A stretch of 29,432 bases of DNA from Minisyncoccota bacterium (GTDB lineage: Bacteria; Patescibacteriota; Minisyncoccia; Phycocordibacterales; Phycocordibacteraceae), in NCBI GenBank assembly GCA_035553815.1, contig DATMJP010000003.1:1-29432 (forward strand), written 5' to 3'. Below, one piece after another: positions 1-8,585 of this stretch. The translations under genes were made by a program, and so were the position numbers. How positions within the stretch are numbered: position 1 is the first letter of the stretch; each line of letters opens with the position of its first letter. The notes under the pieces are model-generated. The model saw nothing but the letters and a program-made list of their open reading frames with translations. It searched no databases and was not told the origin of the DNA.

Positions 1-661
1 TAACGGTCTCCTTGATAGAACCGCCAGGGATGATGATTTCTGCGCCCTTGGTTAGGCTTTCATCAACGATGCCGTTGTATGAAGCTATATCTGCAGCGTC
101 GCCGCCAAACTTCTTTGCAACACCAGCGAGCGTATCGCCAGACTGCACGGTGTAGCGGACACCAGATACCGGGAGGATTATAAGTTTCATGCCCGGCTTA
201 ATGAGCTTTGCGTCCTTAATATCGTTTGCCCAGAGGACGGTGTTCATAGAAACGCCGTGCGCTGAAGCGATTGTTGAGAGGGAATCGCCCTCCTTAACGG
301 TGTACGTCGTGATGGCACCCTTTGAGCTCTTATTCTCAAGATACGCGGCGCTGCCGCCAGGACCCGCGTTTGCGATGAGGGCAGAACCCTCAGTCAATGA
401 GATATCAGCCCCGCCCTTGGCTGGATTTGGATCGGAGTTAACAGCCGCCTTGAGAAGGTCGATCTCAGCGTCGTGCATGACCGGAGAATCCTCGTCAGCT
501 GCACGAGTTATCGAGAAGGGCCAAAAGGCGTCTGCATGAGAGGCAGATGAGAGGAAAGCGACTCCGGTTGCGATAAGGGCGACGGAAGCGAATCCTAGTG
601 TCCAGTATGCATTCCGACCTTTTGTAAAACGGAGATCGGAAGGTTGCTTGGGATACGAAAT
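1..661 (-). CDS. Secreted LysM-repeat (peptidoglycan-binding) protein, 3' end outside window; start codon uncertain
   Basis: Manual minus-strand translation, open from an in-frame TGA at 682-680 to the window edge. It contains a signal-peptide-like stretch (WTLGFASVALIATGVAFLSSASHADA/FWPF) and two LysM repeats (YTVKEGDSLSTIASAHGVSMNTVLWANDI; YTVQSGDTLAGVAKKFGGDAADIASYNGI). The first in-frame ATG (478) lies after the signal peptide; ATT at 661 is the tentative start. Absent from the ORF track because it runs off the edge. Confidence 0.85.
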   Translation of the reverse strand, partial: MSYPKQPSDLRFTKGRNAYWTLGFASVALIATGVAFLSSASHADAFWPFSITRAADEDSPVMHDAEIDLLKAAVNSDPNPAKGGADISLTEGSALIANAGPGGSAAYLENKSSKGAITTYTVKEGDSLSTIASAHGVSMNTVLWANDIKDAKLIKPGMKLIILPVSGVRYTVQSGDTLAGVAKKFGGDAADIASYNGIVDESLTKGAEIIIPGGSIKETV

Positions 662-699
662 AGTTTGTGCGGGGATACTTCAGCGTTTCTTCACAATAC

Positions 700-732
700 A
701 AAAAAGCTTACATACCAGGTATATAAGCTTTT
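700..732 (-). terminator. Intrinsic terminator-like hairpin inside the LysM gene leader
   Basis: Minus-strand RNA AAAAGCUUAUAUAC-CUG-GUAUGUAAGCUUUU followed by UU (U6 tract). The one imperfect pair is U-G on the minus strand but C-A on the plus strand. Confidence 0.55.
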
Positions 733-764
733 CTTTCATTCAGCCGTATCAGACGATAGGGCTC

Positions 765-792
765 AGTATACCCTCCCCCAGGGGGCGGTCAA
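765..792 (-). promoter_or_regulatory. Sigma70-type promoter of the LysM gene
   Basis: Minus strand TTGACC (792-787), 16-nt spacer, TATACT (770-765). Confidence 0.65.
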
Positions 793-892
793 CTCTTGAC
801 ATGAAGCCGTGTTGAAAAGCTACTAGACCTCACATTAGGGGTCTTGGAAAGGGTAGGAGAGGGGGAACTAGGGGGATAACGGTGTTCCCAGG

Positions 893-898
893 TATAGT
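893..898 (+). promoter_or_regulatory. -10 element of pcrA (probable leaderless start)
   Basis: TATAGT followed by 7 nt and then the GTG start at 906. Confidence 0.55.
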
Positions 899-905
899 GT
901 GAGTC

Positions 906-2822
906 GTGACGTATCTTGATGGACTCAATGACCGACAGCGCGAAGCGGTTCTCTCTACTGAGGGACCGATTTCGGTGCTTGCCGGCGCCGGTTCAGGCAA
1001 GACGAAGGTGCTTACCACCCGCATCTACCATCTAATACGCGAGAAGGGCATACCGGCTGAACGGATTCTTGCCGTGACATTCACCAATAAGGCAGCGCGC
1101 GAGATGAAGGAGCGTCTCGGTCATCGACTTGAGTCGGAAGGCATGCCGTTTGTAGCAACGTTCCATGGCCTGGGGCGCGAACTCCTCCAAAGATATGGGG
1201 AAGCGATGGGTATTCCACGCTACTTCACTATCTATGACCGTGATGACTCGGAGCGGGCGATCAAAGAAGCGCTCAAAGCGCTTGAGGTAGACCCTAAGGA
1301 AGTGCCGCCTCGTTCAATTCTGGGACGTATTTCAAAAGCGAAGGGGGACGGGCAGAGCATGAGTGAGTTCCGGGAAAAGCATGGGCGCGAGAGCTTTCGC
1401 AATCGCATAACGTCTGAGTGCTGGGAACGCTATGAGGCAACGCTCAAGAAAGAGAAGGCGCTCGATTTTGACGATCTTATTCTTCTACCAGTACGCCTCC
1501 TTGAGAATCATGCGGATGTCCGCCAGATGGTAGAAGACAGATTCCATTACATACACATCGACGAGTTCCAGGACACGAACGAACTGCAGGGAAGACTCGC
1601 AGCGCTTCTCGGCGGTACGCGCAAGAATCTTTTCGTGGTGGGCGATATTGATCAGACTATTTACACTTGGCGCGGTGCAACCATTGATAACCTGCTCTCG
1701 TTTGATTCATCGTATCCCAATGCGCGCACCATTGTGCTTGAACATAACTACCGTTCAACGCGCACCATTGTTGACGCTGCGAACATGATCATCGAGAAGA
1801 ACCGCAACCGAAAGGAGAAGCGATCGGTCACCGACAACCCATACGGCGACCGCATCATGCTCCATGCTGCAGATACCTCAGAACGAGAAGCGCTCTGGAT
1901 TGCACGCGAAGCGCGCAGACTTATCCAGACCGGCACTTCGCCTGAAGAGATCGCGGTGCTTTTCCGCACAAACTTCCAGTCACGCGCGCTTGAAGAAAGC
2001 TTCCTGCATGCAGGCGTGCCGTACCGCCTCCTCGGTACGCGGTTCTTTGACCGCAAAGAAGTGAAAGACGTATTGTCCTGGGTCAGGCTTGCACTTGATC
2101 CATCGCGCGAAGCGGACAAAGCGCGCGCCGTGCAGTTTCCAGCACGCGGTATTGGCAAAGTAACGCTCGGCAAACTGATCGCCGGACAGCGCGATGGACT
2201 GCGCCCTGCTGAGAAAGCAAAGATAGAGGCTTTTGAAGAGGTGGTGTATGGATTGAATGCGTTTCTCCAGGGAGCAACGCCATCGGTATTTGTACGTGCC
2301 GTCATCGAGCGCAGCGGCATGGAAGCCACATACGCCAAGGGCGGAGAAGATGATCAGGAGCGATTGCTCAACATCAAGGAATTGGCAACACTTGCTGCGC
2401 GCTACGACTACCTAAGCGGGGAAGAAGGTGTTGCTGCATTTCTTGCAGACGCAGCACTTGCTGGAGATCAAGATGAGCTTGATCGTCCACAAGACGGCAA
2501 ACGCGGCGTCACGCTCATGACCGTGCACGCGGCAAAGGGACTTGAGTTTGATGCGGTATTCGTAACCGGACTTGAAGAAGGGCTGTTCCCGCACGAAGGC
2601 ATGGGGAACGAGGAACGCGATGAGGAGGAGGAGCGCCGTCTCTTCTATGTAGCGGTTACGCGCGCAAAGAAGAAGCTCATACTCACCTTCGCACGCGTGC
2701 GGCGCATATACGGCACCGATTACCTGCAGGAGCCATCCATGTTCCTGCATGATATTGATGCATCCCTCATGGAACACACCACTGCGTACGGAGACGATGA
2801 CGGATTTGTCATAGAGGCATGA
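906..2822 (+). CDS. pcrA: ATP-dependent DNA helicase UvrD/PcrA (superfamily 1A)
   Basis: Motif I AGAGSGKT, Ia TFTNKAA, II IDEFQDTN, III GDIDQTIYTWRGA, IV HNYRST, V TVHAAKGLEF, VI EERRLFYVAVTRAK. 638 aa; no C-terminal Tudor-like extension. Confidence 0.95.
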   Translation: MTYLDGLNDRQREAVLSTEGPISVLAGAGSGKTKVLTTRIYHLIREKGIPAERILAVTFTNKAAREMKERLGHRLESEGMPFVATFHGLGRELLQRYGEAMGIPRYFTIYDRDDSERAIKEALKALEVDPKEVPPRSILGRISKAKGDGQSMSEFREKHGRESFRNRITSECWERYEATLKKEKALDFDDLILLPVRLLENHADVRQMVEDRFHYIHIDEFQDTNELQGRLAALLGGTRKNLFVVGDIDQTIYTWRGATIDNLLSFDSSYPNARTIVLEHNYRSTRTIVDAANMIIEKNRNRKEKRSVTDNPYGDRIMLHAADTSEREALWIAREARRLIQTGTSPEEIAVLFRTNFQSRALEESFLHAGVPYRLLGTRFFDRKEVKDVLSWVRLALDPSREADKARAVQFPARGIGKVTLGKLIAGQRDGLRPAEKAKIEAFEEVVYGLNAFLQGATPSVFVRAVIERSGMEATYAKGGEDDQERLLNIKELATLAARYDYLSGEEGVAAFLADAALAGDQDELDRPQDGKRGVTLMTVHAAKGLEFDAVFVTGLEEGLFPHEGMGNEERDEEEERRLFYVAVTRAKKKLILTFARVRRIYGTDYLQEPSMFLHDIDASLMEHTTAYGDDDGFVIEA

Positions 2823-3604
2823 AATATTCCTTCGCTAAAAAGAGCCTCGGACAGAACTTCCTGATGCATCGCCAGACAAGCGAGCGCATTGTCCTTGCTG
2901 CGGGCGTACTGGAAAGCGATACCGTCCTTGAGATCGGCCCAGGACATGGCGCGCTCACACGCGAACTTCTGGCTAAGGCAGGGAAGGTGGTGGCTATTGA
3001 AGCTGACGATCTCCTTATTCCGGAGCTCAATGAAACCTTTAAAGTGGAGATCGCGAGCGGGAAGCTCACGCTTATCCATGCTGACGTGCGCGACTTTGAT
3101 CCGAAATCACTAGGAACTGCGTACCGATTGGTGGCTAATATCCCGTACTACATCACCGGAGAGATCATTCGCCAGTTCCTCACAGCAACTTCTAAGCCCG
3201 TTTCCATGACCCTTCTCGTGCAAAAGGAGGTCGCGGAGCGCATTGTTCGCTCCAAAAAAGAGAGTCTGCTCTCGCTTTCGGTAAAAGCGTACGGGACGCC
3301 ACGCTATGAGTTCACCGTACCGCGCGGTGCCTTCGTACCCGCTCCTTCTGTCGACTCGGCAGTACTTACCGTTGCCGATATTGCCTCGCCGTTTCGCTCT
3401 GAGACAGAAGAATCGTGGTTTTTTACGGTATTGCGCGCAGGTTTTGCACATAAAAGGAAGCTTCTGCGAAGAAATCTTGAGCTCGTCGCGGAAAAAGAGG
3501 GGATCGAGCCTGCATTTCATGAAGTCGGCATCCCGCTTAGCGCGCGCCCTGAAGATGTACATCTTGATGCATGGGTAGCGCTCGCATCACGGCTCACGGC
3601 GTAG
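2819..3604 (+). CDS. rsmA: 16S rRNA m6,2A dimethyltransferase RsmA/KsgA
   Basis: KKSLGQNFL, SAM-binding VLEIGPGHGALT, ANIPYYIT, F.PAPSVDS, GFAHKRKLL. ATGA overlap with pcrA. Confidence 0.95.
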   Translation: MKYSFAKKSLGQNFLMHRQTSERIVLAAGVLESDTVLEIGPGHGALTRELLAKAGKVVAIEADDLLIPELNETFKVEIASGKLTLIHADVRDFDPKSLGTAYRLVANIPYYITGEIIRQFLTATSKPVSMTLLVQKEVAERIVRSKKESLLSLSVKAYGTPRYEFTVPRGAFVPAPSVDSAVLTVADIASPFRSETEESWFFTVLRAGFAHKRKLLRRNLELVAEKEGIEPAFHEVGIPLSARPEDVHLDAWVALASRLTA

Positions 3605-3644
3605 TAATGCACATGTAGCAGTGATGAATTCACGCGATAGTGCG

Positions 3645-3653
3645 TGATACCAT
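3645..3653 (+). promoter_or_regulatory. Extended -10 element at the head of the T4SS-like cluster
   Basis: TG-A-TACCAT, then 7 nt, then the in-frame GTG at 3661. Confidence 0.5.
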
Positions 3654-3660
3654 ATATATA

Positions 3661-4650
3661 GTGCCAACGCTTCCACTTTCTCCACGTACCACTCGTCTTA
3701 TAGGCGCACTTGCGGTCGCGCTTGTTCTTGTCGGCGGCGCCTACGTCCTCTCTGGACCAAGCTTCTTTTCGCTTAAGTTCGCAGGCGCAGAGTCAAATGA
3801 GGAACTTCTTCGTGCGTATGCAGCTAAAGACACTGACCGAGACGGTCTTCCTGATTGGCAGGAGGTGCTCTACAGCACCGATCCGAATGTCCCTGATACC
3901 GATGGGGACGGCATTTCTGACGGGGAAGCGGCAACGAGCGGCCTACTTTCGACGCAGCGCATTATCAGCGAACAGGTGCCTGAGCCGGTTGATGTGGCCT
4001 CTATCCCTGGATTTGCACCAGCTCCAGGAACTCTCACTGAGGAGTTCTCCCGTACCTTCTTTGAATCATACGTAAGCACCTGGAAGGGCGTACCGCTCAC
4101 ACAGGAAGAGCAGGACGCACTTATCGCCAAGCTCCTTGGCGATTTCTCAGGAAAGGCGAGCGCCGTACTCAGCTCAACCTACTCATCAGCGTCAGTAGAG
4201 AGCAGTGCTGATGTTTCAGTCATCGCGTACGTAGGAGAGCTTGAGAGCGTACTGCGCCGCAATGAGGTGCGCGAAGGGGAGGGCAGTCCTGTGCTTCTTG
4301 CGCAGGCTTTTATTGAAAACTCTGACCGCTCTGCACTTCCAAAGCTAGGAACGCTCGCTCGCGCGTACGGATCAATCGCTACAGAACTTGCAGCACTTCG
4401 CGTCCCAGCTGAACTTAGCGACGAGCATCTCACCCTCATTCGCTCTTTTGATACGCTCTCCAACTCTACTGATGCGATCGCTGCATACGAGAAAGACCCG
4501 CTTGCGGTGCTCGGCGCGCTTGCGCTCTTGCAGCCATCATCGCGCGACATGGTTACCACGCTTGGCACAATTGCGCGGGAGGCAGGCGCAACCGGTTCAG
4601 TGCAGGGCGGCGCGCCGGGCTCACTTATCCAGAACTTTGCTCAGTACTAG
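3661..4650 (+). CDS. Membrane-anchored protein with thrombospondin type-3-like Ca-binding repeats (hypothetical)
   Basis: N-terminal hydrophobic helix (LIGALAVALVLVGGAYVL), two DxDxDG repeats (DTDRDGLPDWQE; DTDGDGISDGE) and a helical C-terminal part. The ORF track starts at 3640; GTG 3661 is preferred because of the -10 spacing. Confidence 0.7.
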   Translation: MPTLPLSPRTTRLIGALAVALVLVGGAYVLSGPSFFSLKFAGAESNEELLRAYAAKDTDRDGLPDWQEVLYSTDPNVPDTDGDGISDGEAATSGLLSTQRIISEQVPEPVDVASIPGFAPAPGTLTEEFSRTFFESYVSTWKGVPLTQEEQDALIAKLLGDFSGKASAVLSSTYSSASVESSADVSVIAYVGELESVLRRNEVREGEGSPVLLAQAFIENSDRSALPKLGTLARAYGSIATELAALRVPAELSDEHLTLIRSFDTLSNSTDAIAAYEKDPLAVLGALALLQPSSRDMVTTLGTIAREAGATGSVQGGAPGSLIQNFAQY

Positions 4651-4653
4651 GAT

Positions 4654-6090
4654 ATGAAGCGCTTCTTTACACAATCGGTCACCTTCCTCGTCGCGCTCTC
4701 ACTCGTTGGCTCTACCTTCACACCGCTTCTTGAGCGCTATACACCAAGGGCGCAGGCGCAGGTAGCAACCCTTGAAGGTCCGGGACCGCTCCTTGCTGCC
4801 GCAGTCGAGACCGCGTTCGTGGAAACTGCAGAGCAGACAGAGGACATAACCATGCGCATTCTCGAAGCTATTGCGCTTGCGGTTGCTCGTGCAGCAATCC
4901 AGTCAATGACACATAGCATTGTGACTTGGATCAACAGCGGTTTTGACGGCTCTCCTGCATTCGTTACCGATCTCAACATTTCCATGCGCAATCTTGCAGA
5001 TGGTGTTGCGCGCGATTTCTTTGCAAACCTCGAACTTGAAGGGATGAACGTCTCGCCGTTCCTCGAGCGCGTGGTTACCGGTGTTGGCGCTGCATATTAC
5101 TTGAACTCAAGCGAAGAGCGTCTCCAGCGCCGCCTGCGCTACACGCTTCGCCAGTACGCACCGAACGATCGTGCGTTCTTGGATGGCGACTTTGAAGAGG
5201 GCGGCTTCAATGCATGGTTCTCGGTATGGCTCCACCAGGCGAACAATCCGATCGGCGCACACTACATCGCAGGCACCGAACTTGCTAATCGTATCGAAGC
5301 AGAATCATTCGAACGCCTTGAAGACTTTAGGAACGGCCGCGGCTTTATCTCATGGAGAGGGGAGTGTAAGGCATACAGCGATCCAGTTCCTTCGCTCGGC
5401 AAGGAAGAGAAGTGTCTCCAGTACGAAGTGAAGACACCAGGCTCGGTCATTGAGCAGCAGCTTATCCATAATCAGCAGTCGCCGCTACGCCAGCTTGAGC
5501 TTGCTGACTCGATTGACTCTATCGTTGGCGCACTTGCGATGCAGCTCGTAACACAGGTGCTCGGCGGCACAGGACTTATAGGTGCTTCACGTCCAAGTAC
5601 AAACGGCGGCGCCTCTCCGCTTGCGCGCGCGACCGATCCTAACCGCACCGCAGGCAATACAACAAGCATGCGCAGCGGCTTTGCACAGAATGTGCGCAAA
5701 GAGCAGGCGAACGCAACTGCATACGTAACTGCATGGCAGCGCATTCAGGGCGCAGCTACCACCGCACAGGCAGGGCTTGCCAGTGGTGTGTGCGCTGATA
5801 AGGAGCAGAAGCAGGCGCTCGTTGGCGCAACACTTGCAGAAGCAGCAAATGCAATAAAGCGCGGGCAGGACGCAGTTGCGGCACTTACGAACATCCTCAG
5901 CGGAATCCCAGAAGGAGAAGACCCTTCAACCAGCGTACTCAGCACTGCATCAAATGACTACATGGCGCTTCTTTCAGGCGGCACACTCCCAAGCGCAACC
6001 GAGGTTGCTCGTGCAAAGACCGAATCTGGAAGCGGAACCGGCACACTCTATACACAAATGATGGATATCGCGAAAGAGTGCGGGACGTAA
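4654..6090 (+). CDS. Exported hypothetical protein of the T4SS-like cluster
   Basis: 478-aa ORF with a signal-peptide-like N-terminus ending AQA-Q, an amphipathic helical region (IVTWINSGFDGSPAFV), a Cys pair (GEC...EKC) and host-like codon usage. No family recognised. Confidence 0.7.
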   Translation: MKRFFTQSVTFLVALSLVGSTFTPLLERYTPRAQAQVATLEGPGPLLAAAVETAFVETAEQTEDITMRILEAIALAVARAAIQSMTHSIVTWINSGFDGSPAFVTDLNISMRNLADGVARDFFANLELEGMNVSPFLERVVTGVGAAYYLNSSEERLQRRLRYTLRQYAPNDRAFLDGDFEEGGFNAWFSVWLHQANNPIGAHYIAGTELANRIEAESFERLEDFRNGRGFISWRGECKAYSDPVPSLGKEEKCLQYEVKTPGSVIEQQLIHNQQSPLRQLELADSIDSIVGALAMQLVTQVLGGTGLIGASRPSTNGGASPLARATDPNRTAGNTTSMRSGFAQNVRKEQANATAYVTAWQRIQGAATTAQAGLASGVCADKEQKQALVGATLAEAANAIKRGQDAVAALTNILSGIPEGEDPSTSVLSTASNDYMALLSGGTLPSATEVARAKTESGSGTGTLYTQMMDIAKECGT

Positions 6091-6099
6091 ACTGTATTC

Positions 6100-8541
6100 A
6101 TGAGCGCGGCACGCACAGCGTCACTATTGTTCAAAAGCGTAGGCACCGCACTTGCGGTGGTTGTTCTTATCTCTAGCGGATGGGGAATAGCGAACGCACA
6201 AACGCCAAGCAACTGGCCTGCCGGCGCACCGCTCGTTGCCCAGTCCGGTCCGGTTCTGCTTACCGTAAATGAGCTTACCTACTATGAGCTTGCAGCAACT
6301 AATGCTGTCGCAGGAGGTCTCTCGCAAGATGTTGCAAACGCACGCATACTGCGTGCTGGCGATTGTCAGGACACCAGCTGTCCAGAAGCGACTAGAACCA
6401 TTGTACGCAACGAATATGTGCAAACGGTGCTTTATACCGTATCGATAAACAGAGTGGCGCCAGTTCCTCCTGGAATTGCACAGCCGCCAAGTGATGGTAC
6501 AGAAACGCCTGGAACTGGCGGAGGGACCGGAGATCCGACGACCGGAGGCGGAGGCACTGGTGAAGAGCAGAGTGCGGTTGGCACAGGAGATAACGGTGAT
6601 GGTTGTAGTCTTATAAACGGCAACATCCTAACGTGTGTTCAGAGTGTCGGAGGCAAGATCGGCGCATCAATCCTCTGGATCTTCGTCTCACTCTTCGGAT
6701 GGATGCTTGGTGTTGTGGGTATGTTCTTTAACTGGGTGATGCTAGTGACCGTCTTCCAGTTTGCAACCTACTTCGGCAATTCAGCCGGCATACTGCTTGC
6801 ATGGAGCGTGCTGCGCGACATCGGCAACATCCTCCTCTTGTTTGGTTTCATATTTATCGGTCTTCAGACCATCCTTAACATCGGCCACTTTAATGTAGGG
6901 AAGGCGCTGCCGCGCCTGGTTATCTTTGCGATACTTATTAACTTCAGCCTTTTTGTTTCAGAAGCTGTCGTCGATATATCAAACGCATTTAGTGCTTCGT
7001 TCTACAGCTACGCTGGAGACTACAACTGTGCAGATATCGGCAATAGCGCTGACTGTACAGAAAAGGGCATCGCAGGAAAGGTACTCGCTGCTGCAGGTCT
7101 CACCCAGATCTTCTCGCTCGACGGACTCTCAAACTTCAGCAACATATGGTCCTCTGACGACGGTATACAAATGTTCGTGCTCTATGCAGGACTCTGCATA
7201 TTCATGATCGTGATGATGATCACGCTTGGCGCAGCCGCGATCATGTTCATGGTTCGCGCAATCACGCTCATGCTTCTTCTCGTGGTTTCGCCGCTTGGAT
7301 TTGCAGGCATGGCCATACCGCAGTTTGAAGAACAGTCGAGCAAGTGGTGGAAGATGCTCATATCGCAGTCGTTCTTCGCGCCGATCTACCTTCTTATGAT
7401 CTTTGTCGGTCTCAAGATCATGGAAGGAGCGCAGGCGGTATTCAATGAAGGAGGAAAGGGAACTATTACCGAGGCTCTTAGCAGTACGACGGTGAGCTCA
7501 GGAGGCGTATTCATCCTCTTTACTCTCATGATCGGCTTTATGATCGCTGCCATGACTATGGCAAAGAACTTTGGCGCAGTAGGCGCAAGCTTTGCGGTAA
7601 ATGTCTCAAGCAAGGCAGTCGGCGCAGCAACCCTTGGCACCGCTGGCGTCATCGGACGAAGAACTATCGGTAAGGCGTCTGCAGAAAATGCAGAGAAGAT
7701 GCGCTCAAGCGAGTGGGCCCAGAAGCATCCGGGCATGGCTCGTCTCATGCTGAAGTCACTTGATTACGGTGCTGCAGCAAGCTTCGATGGACGCAAGTCT
7801 GTCTCAGGCATTGCTGGTGTTAAGAAAGCCGGTATAGATCTCGGTGCAGCAAATAAGACAGCGGCTCATGGATACCACGGCATTGAGGAGAAGGCTATCA
7901 AGGACCGCGAGGACTTCTACAAGAAGCTCAAGCCATCTGATGAGCAGAAAGCTGCTTCAACTGAGCTTAAGGAGGAGCTTGATGAAATCAAGAAGAAGCA
8001 GCGCGAGCGCGTCAGCGCAGAATACACGAATGTCGAACGTGCGCGCGCTGAAGTTGAAGAAGCACGTAAGTCAGGTGACGCGTCGAGGCTTCAATCAGCA
8101 CGAGACAACATGCATAACGCTATGGAAGCGTATGAGCAGAAGATCAAGAATCCTGAGGATGAGGCAGGGAAGCAGCTCAATGCCCGCCAGAAAGCTGTGG
8201 AAGCACGCATCAAGACATGGAACGCAGATGCTGAACGCCAAAAGACTGAGACCTTTATTGAAGGCACTGAGAACTCAAGCAGGCCTAACGTATTCAATCT
8301 TGGCGGCATTACCTACAACAAGTACACCACGGTCGGTCCGCATGCTGATCATGAGGTAATCCGAAAGATTAGGGAAGGAGCAACAAAGAGCGACGTTGAT
8401 AAGGCGCTCGGCGTTCTTGCAAAGAAACTTGAGGAGAAGGACAAAGACAAGGATGAGCACGCGGGAGGACACGCAGCACCACCAGCTGCAGGCCCAAGTG
8501 CGCCCGCTGGCGGAGGTCATGGGCACGGTCCTGCACACTAG
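6100..8541 (+). CDS. Extended VirB6/TrbL-like polytopic membrane protein
   Basis: Signal peptide, ~170-aa extracellular region with Cys pairs and a Gly/Thr linker, then about 7-8 hydrophobic helices with VirB6-like signatures (W..LRDIGNILL; LP.L.I.AILINFS; R.I.LMLLLVVSPL.F; WWK.L....FFAPIY), a charged coiled-coil tail and a His/Gly/Pro-rich end. The family call is from motif memory plus context. Confidence 0.7.
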   Translation: MSAARTASLLFKSVGTALAVVVLISSGWGIANAQTPSNWPAGAPLVAQSGPVLLTVNELTYYELAATNAVAGGLSQDVANARILRAGDCQDTSCPEATRTIVRNEYVQTVLYTVSINRVAPVPPGIAQPPSDGTETPGTGGGTGDPTTGGGGTGEEQSAVGTGDNGDGCSLINGNILTCVQSVGGKIGASILWIFVSLFGWMLGVVGMFFNWVMLVTVFQFATYFGNSAGILLAWSVLRDIGNILLLFGFIFIGLQTILNIGHFNVGKALPRLVIFAILINFSLFVSEAVVDISNAFSASFYSYAGDYNCADIGNSADCTEKGIAGKVLAAAGLTQIFSLDGLSNFSNIWSSDDGIQMFVLYAGLCIFMIVMMITLGAAAIMFMVRAITLMLLLVVSPLGFAGMAIPQFEEQSSKWWKMLISQSFFAPIYLLMIFVGLKIMEGAQAVFNEGGKGTITEALSSTTVSSGGVFILFTLMIGFMIAAMTMAKNFGAVGASFAVNVSSKAVGAATLGTAGVIGRRTIGKASAENAEKMRSSEWAQKHPGMARLMLKSLDYGAAASFDGRKSVSGIAGVKKAGIDLGAANKTAAHGYHGIEEKAIKDREDFYKKLKPSDEQKAASTELKEELDEIKKKQRERVSAEYTNVERARAEVEEARKSGDASRLQSARDNMHNAMEAYEQKIKNPEDEAGKQLNARQKAVEARIKTWNADAERQKTETFIEGTENSSRPNVFNLGGITYNKYTTVGPHADHEVIRKIREGATKSDVDKALGVLAKKLEEKDKDKDEHAGGHAAPPAAGPSAPAGGGHGHGPAH

Positions 8542-8570
8542 TAGTACCGAACGCGTAGCATAGTGTGCTG

Positions 8571-8576
8571 TACAAT
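8571..8576 (+). promoter_or_regulatory. -10 element of the Pro-rich gene
   Basis: TACAAT, 9 nt, ATG at 8586. Confidence 0.5.
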
Positions 8577-8585
8577 AGACGCAGC

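Noticed and set aside
796-826. Plus-strand TTGACA as a pcrA promoter
   Set aside because: No TAnnnT hexamer at 16-18 nt spacing (the nearest, TACTAG, is at 19 nt and lacks the final T).
640-890. c-di-AMP (ydaO) or other known riboswitch upstream of the LysM gene
   Set aside because: Fragments such as GCTGAA and GGGGGAAC occur, but on different strands, and the conserved CAGCUAAC/CCCG core is absent. No known aptamer can be supported.
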